DNA of 61,049 bases, counting the filler, from an uncultured virus (IMG/VR IMGVR_UViG_3300005239_001275) (Duplodnaviria; Heunggongvirae; Uroviricota; Caudoviricetes; Crassvirales). It is 4 parts of one record of this genome, joined end to end, with 100 filler letters (N's around TTAATTAATTAA, not from the genome) between each part and the next. Parts side by side here need not be neighbours in the genome. Positions count along the whole stretch, not along the records: positions 1 to 26,683 come from IMGVR_UViG_3300005239_001275; 3 more parts are not named here. One strand, written 5' to 3'. The notes beneath the pieces are model-generated. The model searched no databases. It was not told where the DNA came from and saw nothing but the letters and a program-made list of their open reading frames with translations. A program made the position numbers and the translations under genes. The number at the start of each line of letters is the position of its first letter. Within the stretch, counting starts at the first letter, position 1. This document shows, piece after piece, positions 1 through 12,186 of the stretch.

Positions 1-9
1 TTTTTATTA

Positions 10-1860
10 TTAATATCCATTGTTTATTATAAAATTACTTTCAACAGAAAACAATTGCTTTTCACCGCCAGGGTCTGTTGTTGTATCTGTGGAAAATGTT
101 GCTAAACCGTAAAAACCTTTAATGCCTGACACAGAAGAACCCCATATGACCTCACTATCGTTTGCGGTACTATTATTAACTATATTAGCTACATATTTGT
201 TTTCTTTTCTTTCAAAGCCAGCGTGGTGAACTGGAAATTGAGGATTACCTGTTCCAAAAACACTTTGATAGTCAGATCTATTTGTAATACTACTAAAACT
301 TAAAATTTCATTTTGAACAAAATTGCAACTTAAACTTGTATTTAGTATAAGTATATTTGTAAAAAATATTTCAGTACCAGCAGGCAATGTAACGTTAGTG
401 TTTATAACTAAAGAACCTGTAGAGTTATTAAAAGAGACAACAACAACACCAGTAGGTATATTTGCTCCAGTAACAACTGTTCCAGGTGGTATTATTCCGC
501 TAGTAGCAGTCACCGTTAGCGTGTTACTATTAGTAGCAGGCAATATAACTTGAGCTTCTACGCTACCTATGGAAGAGACTGTAGTGTTTGCCGGAACTCC
601 AGCTCCAGATACACTAGAATTAACCACTGGGCTTACATTAGTTGTTATTACAGTTGACGTTCCAACTATAGATTGATTTGTTAAAGCAGATGAAGATGCT
701 TCAACATATTCGCCTTCATAGTAACTATATATACCACTTGTCTCGTCAAAGTTTGATATCCAATTTATTGTGGGTTGTGTATCAGCTCCAGTTGGGTCAG
801 ATATGAAAGAATCTAACATCCAACCGTTACTACCTTCGTAAGCAACTGTATTAAACGTTTTTGAATTAGAAGGCGCAGCGTTAAAGGAAACAGTGACTTT
901 ACTCTGATTGTCTACGCCATAAAAATTACCTCTACTATTATTAGAATAATGTTGGTATATATTATCAGACTCTGTTGTGTAGAAGTTATTAGCTATACTA
1001 AACATTTGATTAGGTCTAAAAGTAAAGAAACTAATCCAACCTTTAGCGCCTTCATCAAAAGCTGTTGTGTTATAATCAAGATTAATATTTGCCCCTTGCG
1101 TAGACACAACATACTGGTCGTTGTGCATGTCATAGCCACCTATTATTAAACCATTACTAGACGCTGTGTATATTCTATTTACTTCATCTCTAAAATAATC
1201 TCTCATTCCGTATGAAGATATTTCCTCTATACCGTTGTTAGAAAGCCTTAAAATACAGTTGTTGTTTGTGTCTGAAAAATACTTAGCATACCCATAAACA
1301 GCAAAGCTTTCAGGGTTTTTACTTATACCGTATTCTCCAGAATAAGGCTGTATTACGCCTATAACTAAATTAGATGAAGTTACAGCGCCACCACCTTCTG
1401 CATTATATATAGCATCTTTATCTATTAAAGCTCTTGATACTTTTTCTTCTTGAAATATTACTAAATTGGTATCTTCAGCGTATAATCTTTGTATTGAGGC
1501 GTTAGCTGGATCCGCTGTTTTAGTTATGTCTTCGCCAACAGAAAACACGTTTGTTTGATTAATACCAGTTCTTGAATTAAATATACCAGAATATATTAAA
1601 GAACTATGTCTACGTGATGCAGTATTTTTGTCTTCAACTATATATGCTTTTACTCCAAAATCGACAGTAGTATTATTATATCCGCCTCTAATTCTAGACT
1701 CTTCTATAGCCCAATTTTTATCATCAGTAGAAGATACAACTGGATATCCACCTAAATCTTCAGGTATACCAAAAGAGCCATTCCAAACAGGATTGCTTGA
1801 TAGGTTTGTCTTTTTAAGAATAAAAGTGTTAAAGTATTTTACTTCTACTACTGCTCCCAT
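10..1860 (-). CDS. crAss-like tail stabilisation/structural protein
   Basis: 616 aa with IEESRIRGGYN, SLIYSGIFNSRTGINQTN, YGISKNPESFA and GWISFFTF blocks. Lies in the tail operon; paralog/ortholog at 57632-58880. Confidence 0.7.
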   Translation of the reverse strand: MGAVVEVKYFNTFILKKTNLSSNPVWNGSFGIPEDLGGYPVVSSTDDKNWAIEESRIRGGYNNTTVDFGVKAYIVEDKNTASRRHSSLIYSGIFNSRTGINQTNVFSVGEDITKTADPANASIQRLYAEDTNLVIFQEEKVSRALIDKDAIYNAEGGGAVTSSNLVIGVIQPYSGEYGISKNPESFAVYGYAKYFSDTNNNCILRLSNNGIEEISSYGMRDYFRDEVNRIYTASSNGLIIGGYDMHNDQYVVSTQGANINLDYNTTAFDEGAKGWISFFTFRPNQMFSIANNFYTTESDNIYQHYSNNSRGNFYGVDNQSKVTVSFNAAPSNSKTFNTVAYEGSNGWMLDSFISDPTGADTQPTINWISNFDETSGIYSYYEGEYVEASSSALTNQSIVGTSTVITTNVSPVVNSSVSGAGVPANTTVSSIGSVEAQVILPATNSNTLTVTATSGIIPPGTVVTGANIPTGVVVVSFNNSTGSLVINTNVTLPAGTEIFFTNILILNTSLSCNFVQNEILSFSSITNRSDYQSVFGTGNPQFPVHHAGFERKENKYVANIVNNSTANDSEVIWGSSVSGIKGFYGLATFSTDTTTDPGGEKQLFSVESNFIINNGY

Positions 1861-1896
1861 ATTTTAATTATCACTTATTTTAATTTTAAATTACAA

Positions 1897-4800
1897 CTAG
1901 TAAACAAAAGAGAATTGGTAGTTGCTTGCAGAAGGACTTAAAGGTGTTGAAGTACCTGTCCCTGCTGTTAAAGTAAAAGAAGGGGCGTATGTACCAGCAT
2001 AAACTAAGCAACCCCCTGTTATTGATTCGTTTCTAGCAAGCTTGTTTAATATTCCTGGCTGCATGTTACTACCACCAAAATCATTAACAAAGTCATACAA
2101 TTGATAAGATTGTCCACTCCAACCTTCACTATCCCAGCTAATTGGAGGATTATAATTCTGTGAATAAGCATAAGGATCTAAAAGTATGTTACTACTGCCA
2201 TTGCTTGATATTAAATTTTGCCAACTAGGAAAATCTCCGGAGTTTTCAGCTGTATTAGATCCACTCACCCAAGCATAGTATCCATTTATTCCTGTTCCAA
2301 AAAGATTGTCACCACCTGGATCGCAAACCTTAACAATTATAAACTTGCCTTGATAAGCTTGACCTGTGCTAGTATTAGAACTACATGATATAGCGTAATA
2401 ACCATCGATAGTCCACTCTTGAAGTGAACATAGTTGAAGCCCAGTTTTAATTATAGCCTTGCATTGCGTTGTGCTACCTGGATCAGAAACTTCGTAAGTT
2501 ACAGTATATACGTCTGAAGGCATGTTAGAATCCTGATAACCATTGTTAACTAAATCTACTTTAGCAGCTGAGTTGAATAATGCTGGTCCTGGGTTTTCAA
2601 AAGCAAAGTAACCTGGAGGTGGTATAGTTTGTTCTCCAGGTGTTCCAGCTCCTCTAACTTCACTTATTTTAGTAAAAGTTAAATCTTTGTATCTATTGGT
2701 GTTTCCTAATAAATCTGTTTGTCTCCAACCAGCCCCATTAACAGCTTTTAGTTCACCTATGTATCTAACGCTGGTTGAGCCAGGCTCGAACGGAGGCAAC
2801 GGACAGTCGTCCCAAAGCTCAGAAGTATCTATACATGATAAAGGTTGATCTTTTACAACTGTAACAGCTTGCGAAACCTCTAGTGTAGCTGGAGAGCCAA
2901 ATTCTAACTTAGAATTAGAAGAAGGACCAAACGCGTTTATACTTATATTATTACTTAAAGTCACGGTCATTTGACCACTAACCGGTGTGTTGTCTTGAAT
3001 AGACAGAACACAAGTGCCCTCTGGTACGTTCCCAGAAAAGCCTTGAGTTGTTAAATAACACATGTCATCTACATTTATAGCTCCACTAGCAAAAGGCCAG
3101 TTATAAGCCACAAAAGTGTTGTTATTAGAAACATCATTTATAACACCGAAAGGAACAATAGGATCTCCAGGAGGAGAGTAAGAATTTCCACTTGTCTGCA
3201 AACCAGAAGGTAGTGGATTTGAAGCATCAGTTGTTGTAACGTCCCAGCCTGAGCTAATACCACTAACGCTTGACCCAGAGTAAACTTTTACTACTGTAAC
3301 TCCAGTTTGATCTTTTAGCACTTTAACATTGGCAGAATTTCCGCTAGCTGTTGGTATATGCGGCTGAGTGTTACCTAAGTTTAATTGTTCTGATTTAGTA
3401 AAAGGCAAGCCATTTACAGTTGCTGAAAAATTAAAAGTAAAGTTTCTAGCATTAACATCTACGCCATACCATATTTCAGCCACAAAACCAGGGGCAGTTT
3501 TTATCATATATTGGCGGTTTCCTAATGTTGTTTCTGATAAAGAAAAAACAGGAGAAGTATAAGCTGTTTGAACATTTAGCCCGTTGCCATCTATTACACT
3601 CTCTAAAACTAAAGGTGTTTGATCTGAAACAGCTATAGGTGAACCAAAGTTATCCACTAAATAAACTGGAGCTTGTAAGCAGTCTTCACCAGACCTTAAG
3701 CTTTCATTAAATGGATTATCGTTCCAAGGTGAAAAACCTGCCGCGCCTGTACCAGTTAAATTCTCGTTTATTATAATATCATTTATATCTTTAACTATTC
3801 CAGTAGTAGATGTTTCCCAAAATATATCCAATAAACTTTCTACTGGCTCGGTTTCATAAACCGCTAAATACTGTATTCCTGGGGCGTCAGCGCTATAAAC
3901 ATTTATTTCGTCGCCTAAAGCTACTGAAACTGCCGAAGAAACAACTAGTTGTGCTGGTACAATAAAGTTTAATAATTGGCCTCCAGCAACCTGTACAACA
4001 TTGTTAACCTCAATGTCTAAACCTGAAACGTTTAAAACCACTGTACCTTCTGGAACACCTGTGGTAGCTCCTACGACTTGACCAGCTTCTAGAGGAATAC
4101 TACCTGCTCCTATTGAAGACAGTGTAAAAGTTGTTCCTGTAAAACCAGAAGGAGCAACTTGAGCGTTGGATCTAGCAACATTTGAATCGGTAAAACCTGA
4201 ACCTGCAACAACTAAATCTGTTGGAAACCCTGGGCCAACAACGCTATCACCAATTTCTATTTCAGCTTCGTCACCTGATACTGATGTTATTTGCAGCGTA
4301 TCTGTGGTTGCTGTCACGGCTATAGTGGCACTTACCGCGTTAAAGTTTACATTAGCTACTTGACCTATTTTATTAGCTGTATTTATTCTAGCTATATAAG
4401 GATTTGACTCTAAAGAATAAAACTGTGGAAAAAGTTTGGNNNNNNNNNNNNNNNNNNNNNNNNNNNNNNNNNNNNNNNNNNNNNNNNNNNNNNNNNNNNN
4501 NNNNNNNNNNNNNNNNNNNNNNNNNNNNNNNNNNNNNNNNNNNNNNNNNNNNNNNNNNNNNNNNNNNNNNNNNNNNNNNNNNNNNNNNNNNNNNNNNNNN
4601 NNNNNNNNNNNNNNNNNNNNNNNNNNNNNNNNNNNNNNNNNNNNNNNNNNNNNNNNNNNNNNNNNNNNNNNNNNNNNNNNNNNNNNNNNNNNNNNNNNNN
4701 NNNNNNNNNNNNNNNNNNNNNNNNNNNNNNNNNNNNNNNNNNNNNNNNNNNNNNNNNNNNNNNNNNNNNNNNNNNNNNNNNNNNNNNNNNNNNNNNNNNN

Positions 4801-7403
4801 NNNNNNNNNNNNNNNNNNNNNNNNNNNNNNNNNNNNNNNNNNNNNNNNNNNNNNNNNNNNNNNNNNNNNNNNNNNNNNNNNNNNNNNNNNNNNNNNNNNN
4901 NNNNNNNNNNNNNNNNNNNNNNNNNNNNNNNNNNNNNNNNNNNNNNNNNNNNNNNNNNNNNNNNNNNNNNNNNNNNNNNNNNNNNNNNNNNNNNNNNNNN
5001 NNNNNNNNNNNNNNNNNNNNNNNNNNNNNNNNNNNNNNNNNNNNNNNNNNNNNNNNNNNNNNNNNNNNNNNNNNNNNNNNNNNNNNNNNNNNNNNNNNNN
5101 NNNNNNNNNNNNNNNNNNNNNNNNNNNNNNNNNNNNNNNNNNNNNNNNNNNNNNNNNNNNNNNNNNNNNNNNNNNNNNNNNNNNNNNNNNNNNNNNNNNN
5201 NNNNNNNNNNNNNNNNNNNNNNNNNNNNNNNNNNNNNNNNNNNNNNNNNNNNNNNNNNNNNNNNNNNNNNNNNNNNNNNNNNNNNNNNNNNNNNNNNNNN
5301 NNNNNNNNNNNNNNNNNNNNNNNNNNNNNNNNNNNNNNNNNNNNNNNNNNNNNNNNNNNNNNNNNNNNNNNNNNNNNNNNNNNNNNNNNNNNNNNNNNNN
5401 NNNNNNNNNNNNNNNNNNNNNNNNNNNNNAGCGTTGTCTATGGTTATTGTACCTGTGTTTCCAGCTCCAGCAGTAGTAGCAGTCACCATTGTTCCTTCAG
5501 GTATACCTGGACATATAACAATGTAACCAATTTGTATAGTTGAACCACCTTTTGGCGTGTAATTAGTAAAAGTTATAGTAGTAGAACCTGTTGATATTGC
5601 GTCTGCGTCTACAGTAACCTCGTTCAAAGCCAACTCGCTTTTAGCTGAAATAGCTACATTATAATTTAAACTATCAGGAGCAGTGTGCTTGTCTTGAAAA
5701 TTACCGTATATAACTCTATTACCAGAAACCTCTTGAGCAAAAGCTCTAACTGGTACTTTATCGTAAACTCTTATTAAATCTCTTTCAGGTAATGTTTTGA
5801 TTGGCTTTTTAGAGTTGTAGTTGTATATGTAGTAATCTGGTTCACCTATAGTTAAAACTGTATTGTCTACTATTGTTTGGGCGGAACTAAGCGTTATGGT
5901 GCCTGAAGTGCTTGGGTTTTCATTAGGATCGTCAGGCGCGTAAGAACTAACGGTTACAACTGAAGTTCCTAATATACCAAAACCTGTTACTCTGTCGCCA
6001 ACGTTTATACCGCCTTGAACATTGTCTACAGTAAGTGTTGTTGTGGTCGTGTTAGCAGAAGCTTGGCACGTCGCTGCTGAGTTAAAAATAGTGTTAATAT
6101 CTACAGTATCAATAACCTTAACAGGTAATTGATCTGACTCTTTATAGAGCAGTTCCATAGATTTAACTTTTAATAAATTTTCTAACTCATAGTTATTAAA
6201 CGGTAAAGGTATTCTAAGCTTTATATTGTCTACTTTATTTTCAACAAAAGAAACTATTGTACTTCTATAAGCTTCATCTTGATCGTTAACGCTTTCTATA
6301 TTATCAGCTGAAGGCTTATTAACATACATAAAATACCCGTCTTGTTTAGGTATAAATGCGGCTTGTGTAAATGTAGAAAACAATGAATACTCATCATCAT
6401 CAAACTTAAACCTGTACCCAAACCTAACAAATTTATCTTCTAAATAAGTAGGATCTCCAGCGTAATCATTATCGTAATAAGGATTTGCATTAAAAACTAT
6501 ATCTTGAATGAAGTTTGTTAATGCTGGTAAAGTTCCACCGGTTACGGTCACTTCCCACACAGGCGGGCTAGCGGAGCTATTATAATTTAAACTACTAACC
6601 GTAGTTCCCGTGTCTACGATTGACGGTGGTATAGAGTTTGTCGTATAGTAAACTTTAGCCCCGACAGCTCCATACGCGCCATTTGCTTCGATTATGTCTC
6701 CTTCTAAAGTTCTTAAATTTACTTGACTTGCTCCAACAGATACACTATCTTGAATATTACCTTTACCCCCGTTTGGTAAGTAAAAGCTTGTTGTGTCTTT
6801 CATTGTGCTTTCGTACTCATCAGTTGAAGAAGTTGATAAAGTACTTTCCGCGTAAAGCTCTATGGCTGAGTGAGGATTATATTTAGCTACAGATATTTGA
6901 TCTTCTGTTGTATAGTAATTAGATATATTAGTGGCGTTGTCTATGTTTATTTTTCTAGGTTGATTTTTATTGTCAGTCCAGAAAAGTAAGTTTTCTAAAA
7001 CATTAGCGCCATATATAGGAAATTGTGTAGAGAAATTTAGAAAAGCACCTTGAACTAGAGTAGTTAATGAGTTGTCACTTGAATCAAAAGTTATTATAAA
7101 ATTATTTCCACTAGGACTATAGTCGTTTATCCCACCATTTTGATCTGTAAAAAACAAATAAGCTACAGCTTTTGAATCATCTACAACGTAACCTATACAA
7201 GTTAAATTAGAAACACCAGTGTGAACACCAACGTCTCCAACGTTTGTATTACCTAAAACATTTTCCAAAGAACCAACTTGTTCACCTTCAGACTTGTTTA
7301 CCTGTACATTAACTGCATTTCTATATTCATTAGAGCCAATTATACGAGCGTCCAAATCTTTATTCATTTTGGACTTTAAAAATGTATTTTTAGATTTAGC
7401 CAT
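1897..7403 (-). CDS. Large tail (stabilisation-type) protein, interrupted by an N gap
   Basis: N-terminus MAKSKNTFLKSKMNKDLDAR..EYRNAVN, plus KFVRFGYRFKF and LAVYETEPVESLLDIFWETST. Open frames flank the 4440-5429 gap, and joining them into one gene is inferred. Confidence 0.65.
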
Positions 7404-7409
7404 TAAATT

Positions 7410-8621
7410 TTAGTGTTTTATCCATTTAGACTTACCTCTCATAACTTGAACTATCTCAGTAAGCTTTATATTTGATAATCTAATCTTTGCGTTTCTAAGT
7501 TTAGAACTTTTATCTCTTCTAAGTCTTTGAACTAAATACTCAGGTTGACTAGCTCTAGTAGATACTATGTAATGCAATATAGAAGCGTATAAAGCTTCTT
7601 CTGCTAGCTTAGGTACTTTAGTGTCTTTGTCATATGCTAAACCATCAGAAATGTATTCTAACACAATAAGTCTATCAGCTAAGTCGCTTGAAAAAGACAT
7701 TTTGCCTTCTCTTTCATTTATAGTAAAATAACCATTTACATTAGCGTATTGAGGATCTGTTCCGTAGAATTGACCTAAATTCCAGTTGCCGTTGTAACCA
7801 TAAGCTTCACTAAAATAAGCCCAATCGTCTAGATTTAAGTTATTGTTTAATAAATTTATATTAAGGTTTTTCCAGCGCTCTTCTGTTATAGAAGTTCCTT
7901 CTACGTTTTCACCAAAATTGTCTTGAACTGGAATGCCGGTTGCGTCTTGGACTGGTGTATTATAAGGCGCTATAGTTAGGTTGTTAGTTGGAAATAGAGG
8001 TCTTTTAACACCAGCTCTGTCTATCCAAGAAACATTTACATAGTTTACATAGTCCTGAGGAAGTACAATGCTTAGACTAGCAGGTACTGTTAATTCTTGA
8101 GAGTGTATACTCTTTAAAGTATCATAGCTAAACTCTTGTAAAGATCTTTTAGCAAAGAATAATACATCTGATTTCTTAGCCGTTTGTATTAATTTACCAT
8201 CACCAACATAACCTACCATGAAGTTGTCTATAGCATCGTTAAGAGTTATATATTGATATCCTCCATAGTTGTCTTCAACAGTTTCTCCAAACGCATCTTG
8301 ATTTCCGTAATTACCACCACTTAGTGTTTTTAATTGAACTATTAAAAAATGATTTTGAGTTAGTGATCCTGTGACTGTTATTGTGTTGTCAGAAACAGTG
8401 TATGCCGATATGTATTCAGTAAAACTACCTGGTAAGCCAGAAGGGCTCGTATAAACTTTAAAATTGTTTAAAGCATAGTTAACTTCAGTTGGATCAAAAG
8501 AACCAAATACTAGATTTGTGTCAAAACTTGTAATAAATTTTTGATCAGAACCTGTCGTAGGTATTAAGAAAGGTTGTGCGCCTTGGTAATATTGCTGATT
8601 TGTTTCTGTTATTAAACTCAT
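7410..8621 (-). CDS. Tail tubular/ring structural protein
   Basis: 403 aa with LPQDYVNYV and LEYISDGL motifs, in the crAss-like head-tail block. Confidence 0.55.
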   Translation of the reverse strand: MSLITETNQQYYQGAQPFLIPTTGSDQKFITSFDTNLVFGSFDPTEVNYALNNFKVYTSPSGLPGSFTEYISAYTVSDNTITVTGSLTQNHFLIVQLKTLSGGNYGNQDAFGETVEDNYGGYQYITLNDAIDNFMVGYVGDGKLIQTAKKSDVLFFAKRSLQEFSYDTLKSIHSQELTVPASLSIVLPQDYVNYVNVSWIDRAGVKRPLFPTNNLTIAPYNTPVQDATGIPVQDNFGENVEGTSITEERWKNLNINLLNNNLNLDDWAYFSEAYGYNGNWNLGQFYGTDPQYANVNGYFTINEREGKMSFSSDLADRLIVLEYISDGLAYDKDTKVPKLAEEALYASILHYIVSTRASQPEYLVQRLRRDKSSKLRNAKIRLSNIKLTEIVQVMRGKSKWIKH

Positions 8622-9404
8622 TTAATTAAGATTTTTCGTTTGTTTCAATTTTTGAGCTTCCTGTTCAGCTACTTGTATTATAGTAGGATCTTTAACTATT
8701 ATTCCACAATATTTTAATATATTTATTATTATATTATTTTTTTCTGAAATATCTAACTCAAAATTAACCGTTGAAGATCCTGAAGTACCGGAAGGACTAA
8801 ATAGGTATTGGCCAAGAGCTCCAATAGTAAAACCCCAGCTTGGAGAAGATGGTTTAAACAAAGAATTTACAGAAAGTGTACTTGGTTGAGGACTAACTTT
8901 TATTAACAACTGGTTTGTTGCTTGAGGAAAAATAGGAGTTGTAGTTTGAGTTGTTAAACATATTGGGTAACTCTCTGTTGGTGAAGTTAGTTTTGATCTA
9001 GTTATTTTTGAATAATCTTTTTTACTAGCTAGTTGAACTATTGAAGTGTTATTGCTTCTGTTACCTGTATACGTAGCTTCTATTTCGCCTATAGTATATA
9101 AAACACCAGTGCCACTATAAACCCAACCATCATTAGTTGCGTTGTATGTAAAAGAAGCCTCACGCTCAAAAGGGTAAAGCTTGTAAGATATGTTTTTAAA
9201 AATATCAAAAAACTCTGTGTCGTTTTGTGAGTTGTTTTGATTTAATCTATTTATTTGATTTCCATCTGGAAAATAAGAATTAAATATTTCGTCTTGAACT
9301 TGTTCAGCTAGACTATTAAATTCAGCAGGCGTTATATAACCTCTTTGCTCTTTGTTTAATATATACAAGACTGTTTGATATACCGTATTTACGCTTACTG
9401 CCAT
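8622..9404 (-). CDS. Tail tubular/head-tail adaptor protein
   Basis: MAVSVNTVYQTVLYILNKEQRGYITPAEFN. Probable start is ATG 9404; position after the capsid genes. Confidence 0.55.
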   Translation of the reverse strand: MAVSVNTVYQTVLYILNKEQRGYITPAEFNSLAEQVQDEIFNSYFPDGNQINRLNQNNSQNDTEFFDIFKNISYKLYPFEREASFTYNATNDGWVYSGTGVLYTIGEIEATYTGNRSNNTSIVQLASKKDYSKITRSKLTSPTESYPICLTTQTTTPIFPQATNQLLIKVSPQPSTLSVNSLFKPSSPSWGFTIGALGQYLFSPSGTSGSSTVNFELDISEKNNIIINILKYCGIIVKDPTIIQVAEQEAQKLKQTKNLN

Positions 9405-9429
9405 TTTTATATTTTTATTATAATACAAC

Positions 9430-9452
9430 GGAAGACCGCTTGCGCGGCCTCC
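9430..9452 (-). promoter_or_regulatory. GC-rich 5'-leader hairpin with GCAA tetraloop
   Basis: Minus strand reads ggaggccgc-GCAA-gcggtcttcc, in the intergenic space between a putative late promoter and ATG 9404. Confidence 0.5.
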
Positions 9453-9474
9453 ATCATATTAGTATCACTTGTTT

Positions 9475-10305
9475 TTATAGTTTTTTATCTATAGATTTAT
9501 AGATTTCAACACCTTCGTCTGTTTTTAAGAAAGCTGCAAAAGCAGAATAAGGGTTTTCATCAAATGGAACGTTCATTAGTTTTCTATCATTAGAACCCCA
9601 ATGAAATGTTCTTTGATCTTGAGATAATCTAATAATTCCAGCTTCAGCTGCTCTAATAGAGAAGTTTCTAAACTGAACATTATCATCATTTGCTAAATTA
9701 ATAAATAACTGTGGATTACTTCTAGCAAAAAGAAGTAAGTCTCTTTTTATCTCTTTAGAACTCATGCTGTTTACCTTAGACCCTAACTCCACTCTTAGTA
9801 TAGCTTCTGCGTGATCTATATCTATATTTCTAGCTGCATTTAAAGCGTCAATTTGAAGATCTAGAATATCTAAATCATCAGAAGCTTCTTCAACAGCGCT
9901 AAATTCTTCATACGTTTTTCCTCTTAAAGGGTGGTATAAAGAAAGTAGTTTTTGTAGGTTTTGTTTTTCTTTTGAAACCTTTAAAGTTCCATCTCTGAAT
10001 GTAATATGACCAAGTGTTGCCTCTCCCTTTTGTTCTTCTACGAAAGGTGAAGACTGATTAGTTGCATATCTAATTTCTTTTTGATTACCTGTATTAGAAT
10101 CGAAATAAAGCAAGGAATGCTTAGACGTGTGCCTACTTGGTATAGTGTGTGTTAATGGAGTTTTATTACCTCTTAAATAATAAACTCTATCTTTTATCTC
10201 CCAGCTCGGTTTAGCTGGTTTTACTTCTTTTTTCACTGGTGCTTTTTGCACTACAGTTTCTTGAGGTGCAACCTCAATAGCTTCTGCTTTAGCTTTTTTA
10301 GCCAT
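9475..10305 (-). CDS. Conserved hypothetical protein downstream of the capsid gene
   Basis: 276 aa intact ORF with an A-rich leader. Confidence 0.6.
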   Translation of the reverse strand: MAKKAKAEAIEVAPQETVVQKAPVKKEVKPAKPSWEIKDRVYYLRGNKTPLTHTIPSRHTSKHSLLYFDSNTGNQKEIRYATNQSSPFVEEQKGEATLGHITFRDGTLKVSKEKQNLQKLLSLYHPLRGKTYEEFSAVEEASDDLDILDLQIDALNAARNIDIDHAEAILRVELGSKVNSMSSKEIKRDLLLFARSNPQLFINLANDDNVQFRNFSIRAAEAGIIRLSQDQRTFHWGSNDRKLMNVPFDENPYSAFAAFLKTDEGVEIYKSIDKKL

Positions 10306-10333
10306 AATATAATAAAATTAAATAGTTAATGAT

Positions 10334-10371
10334 AAAAATCCTGAGGCTGCAAAAGCAGCCCCAAGAATTTT
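10334..10371 (-). terminator. Intrinsic terminator after the major capsid gene
   Basis: Minus strand aaaattcttggggctgc-tttt-gcagcctcaggattttt, immediately after the stop at 10380. Confidence 0.7.
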
Positions 10372-10379
10372 AATTTAAA

Positions 10380-12172
10380 TTATGCTCCTTTGAAAAGAAC
10401 AAAGTTGTTAGCAGCTTGAGTTACTAAACATCTTTCAGATAGGAAGTTTACTTCCATAGCATCAAGAGTTGAAGTAAACGCACCACCAGCAGAACCAGTC
10501 AACCAAGACTTCATACGACGATCATCAGCTTGTGAAGCTCTGTATCGTACATGTAAAAATGGGCGACGAATATTAGTTCCTAATACTTGATCGTATACAG
10601 TTGACGTTCCAGCAGGTACTAATACACCTTCGATAGACTGAATTCCATCAATCGCACCACGAGTAGAAGCGTCGTTTAAGTATTTCCAATCAGTTTTGTA
10701 GAAATCATAAGAACCTCTACGGAAACCACTAAAACCTAAGTTTAATGCCATTTCTTCTGAGTTTTCAAATAATCCATAAGCAGTACCACCAGATTGTCCA
10801 GCAGAAATAGCAGATAGCATATCGTCAAAATCCAAAGCAGTTTGTCTTTGTAAAAATAACATGTTTTCTTCAATAGCTCCTTGAGTGTCTAAGTTTTTCA
10901 AAATAGCATCAAAAGCATCAAGACCAGCAGCAGCTGTAAATCCAGTGTTTACATTACCACGATCTTCGATAGCGGCAAACAAACCTTCAGTACCAGCTAG
11001 CTTAGCAGTTGTAACAGCAGCTATTCCTTCATTCTTTTCACCTTCAACCATAGACATTTCTAAGTAATCTTCAAAACGTAAACGAGTTTCAGATTCAGCT
11101 TTTAAATACCATAAATATCCAGAAGTACCATCTTCGGTCGCAACTTCAACCCATCCAATTTGNNNNNNNNNNNNNNNNNNNNNNNNNNNNNNNNNNNNNN
11201 NNNNNNNNNNNNNNNNNNNNNNNNNNNNNNNNNNNNNNNNNNNNNNNNNNNNNNNNNNNNNNNNNNNNNNNNNNNNNNNNNNNNNNNNNNNNNNNNNNNN
11301 NNNNNNNNNNNNNNNNNNNNNNNNNNNNNNNNNNNNNNNNNNNNNNNNNNNNNNNNNNNNNNNNNNNNNNNNNNNNNNNNNNNNNNNNNNNNNNNNNNNN
11401 NNNNNNNNNNNNNNNNNNNNNNNNNNNNNNNNNNNNNNNNNNNNNNNNNNNNNNNNNNNNNNNNNNNNNNNNNNNNNNNNNNNNNNNNNNNNNNNNNNNN
11501 NNNNNNNNNNNNNNNNNNNNNNNNNNNNNNNNNNNNNNNNNNNNNNNNNNNNNNNNNNNNNNNNNNNNNNNNNNNNNNNNNNNNNNNNNNNNNNNNNNNN
11601 NNNNNNNNNNNNNNNNNNNNNNNNNNNNNNNNNNNNNNNNNNNNNNNNNNNNNNNNNNNNNNNNNNNNNNNNNNNNNNNNNNNNNNNNNNNNNNNNNNNN
11701 NNNNNNNNNNNNNNNNNNNNNNNNNNNNNNNNNNNNNNNNNNNNNNNNNNNNNNNNNNNNNNNNNNNNNNNNNNNNNNNNNNNNNNNNNNNNNNNNNNNN
11801 NNNNNNNNNNNNNNNNNNNNNNNNNNNNNNNNNNNNNNNNNNNNNNNNNNNNNNNNNNNNNNNNNNNNNNNNNNNNNNNNNNNNNNNNNNNNNNNNNNNN
11901 NNNNNNNNNNNNNNNNNNNTGTAATCTATTTGTTCAGACCAAATAACTTGATCAGACGTCATTGGCATTTCAGCGCCGACCATTCGTAAGAATCCAGATA
12001 ACGTTCTGTTTCCATAACGCTCTACTTCTTGTTCGTAAATTTCAGGTAAGTACTGCTGAGCAAATGTATCAGTGTTTCCAGCGCCACCGTCGTTAAATTT
12101 TAGGTAGTTAGTATCTAGCAACTGTTGAGTTTGGCTAGGGATAATACTACCAAATTGGTTGTTTAAACTCAT
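10380..12172 (-). CDS. Major capsid protein (gap 11163-11919)
   Basis: N-part QQYLPEIYEQEVERYGNRT..MTSDQVIWSEQ; C-part GYLWYLKAESETRLRFEDYLE..LNLGFSGFRRG..NNFVLF. Follows portal and scaffold and is followed by a terminator. Confidence 0.85.
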
Positions 12173-12186
12173 AATATTAAGTTTTT

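Noticed and set aside
4404..5543. Long X-filled ORFs over N gaps (also 11160, 48268, 50669, 54735)
   Set aside because: They are artefacts of translating Ns.
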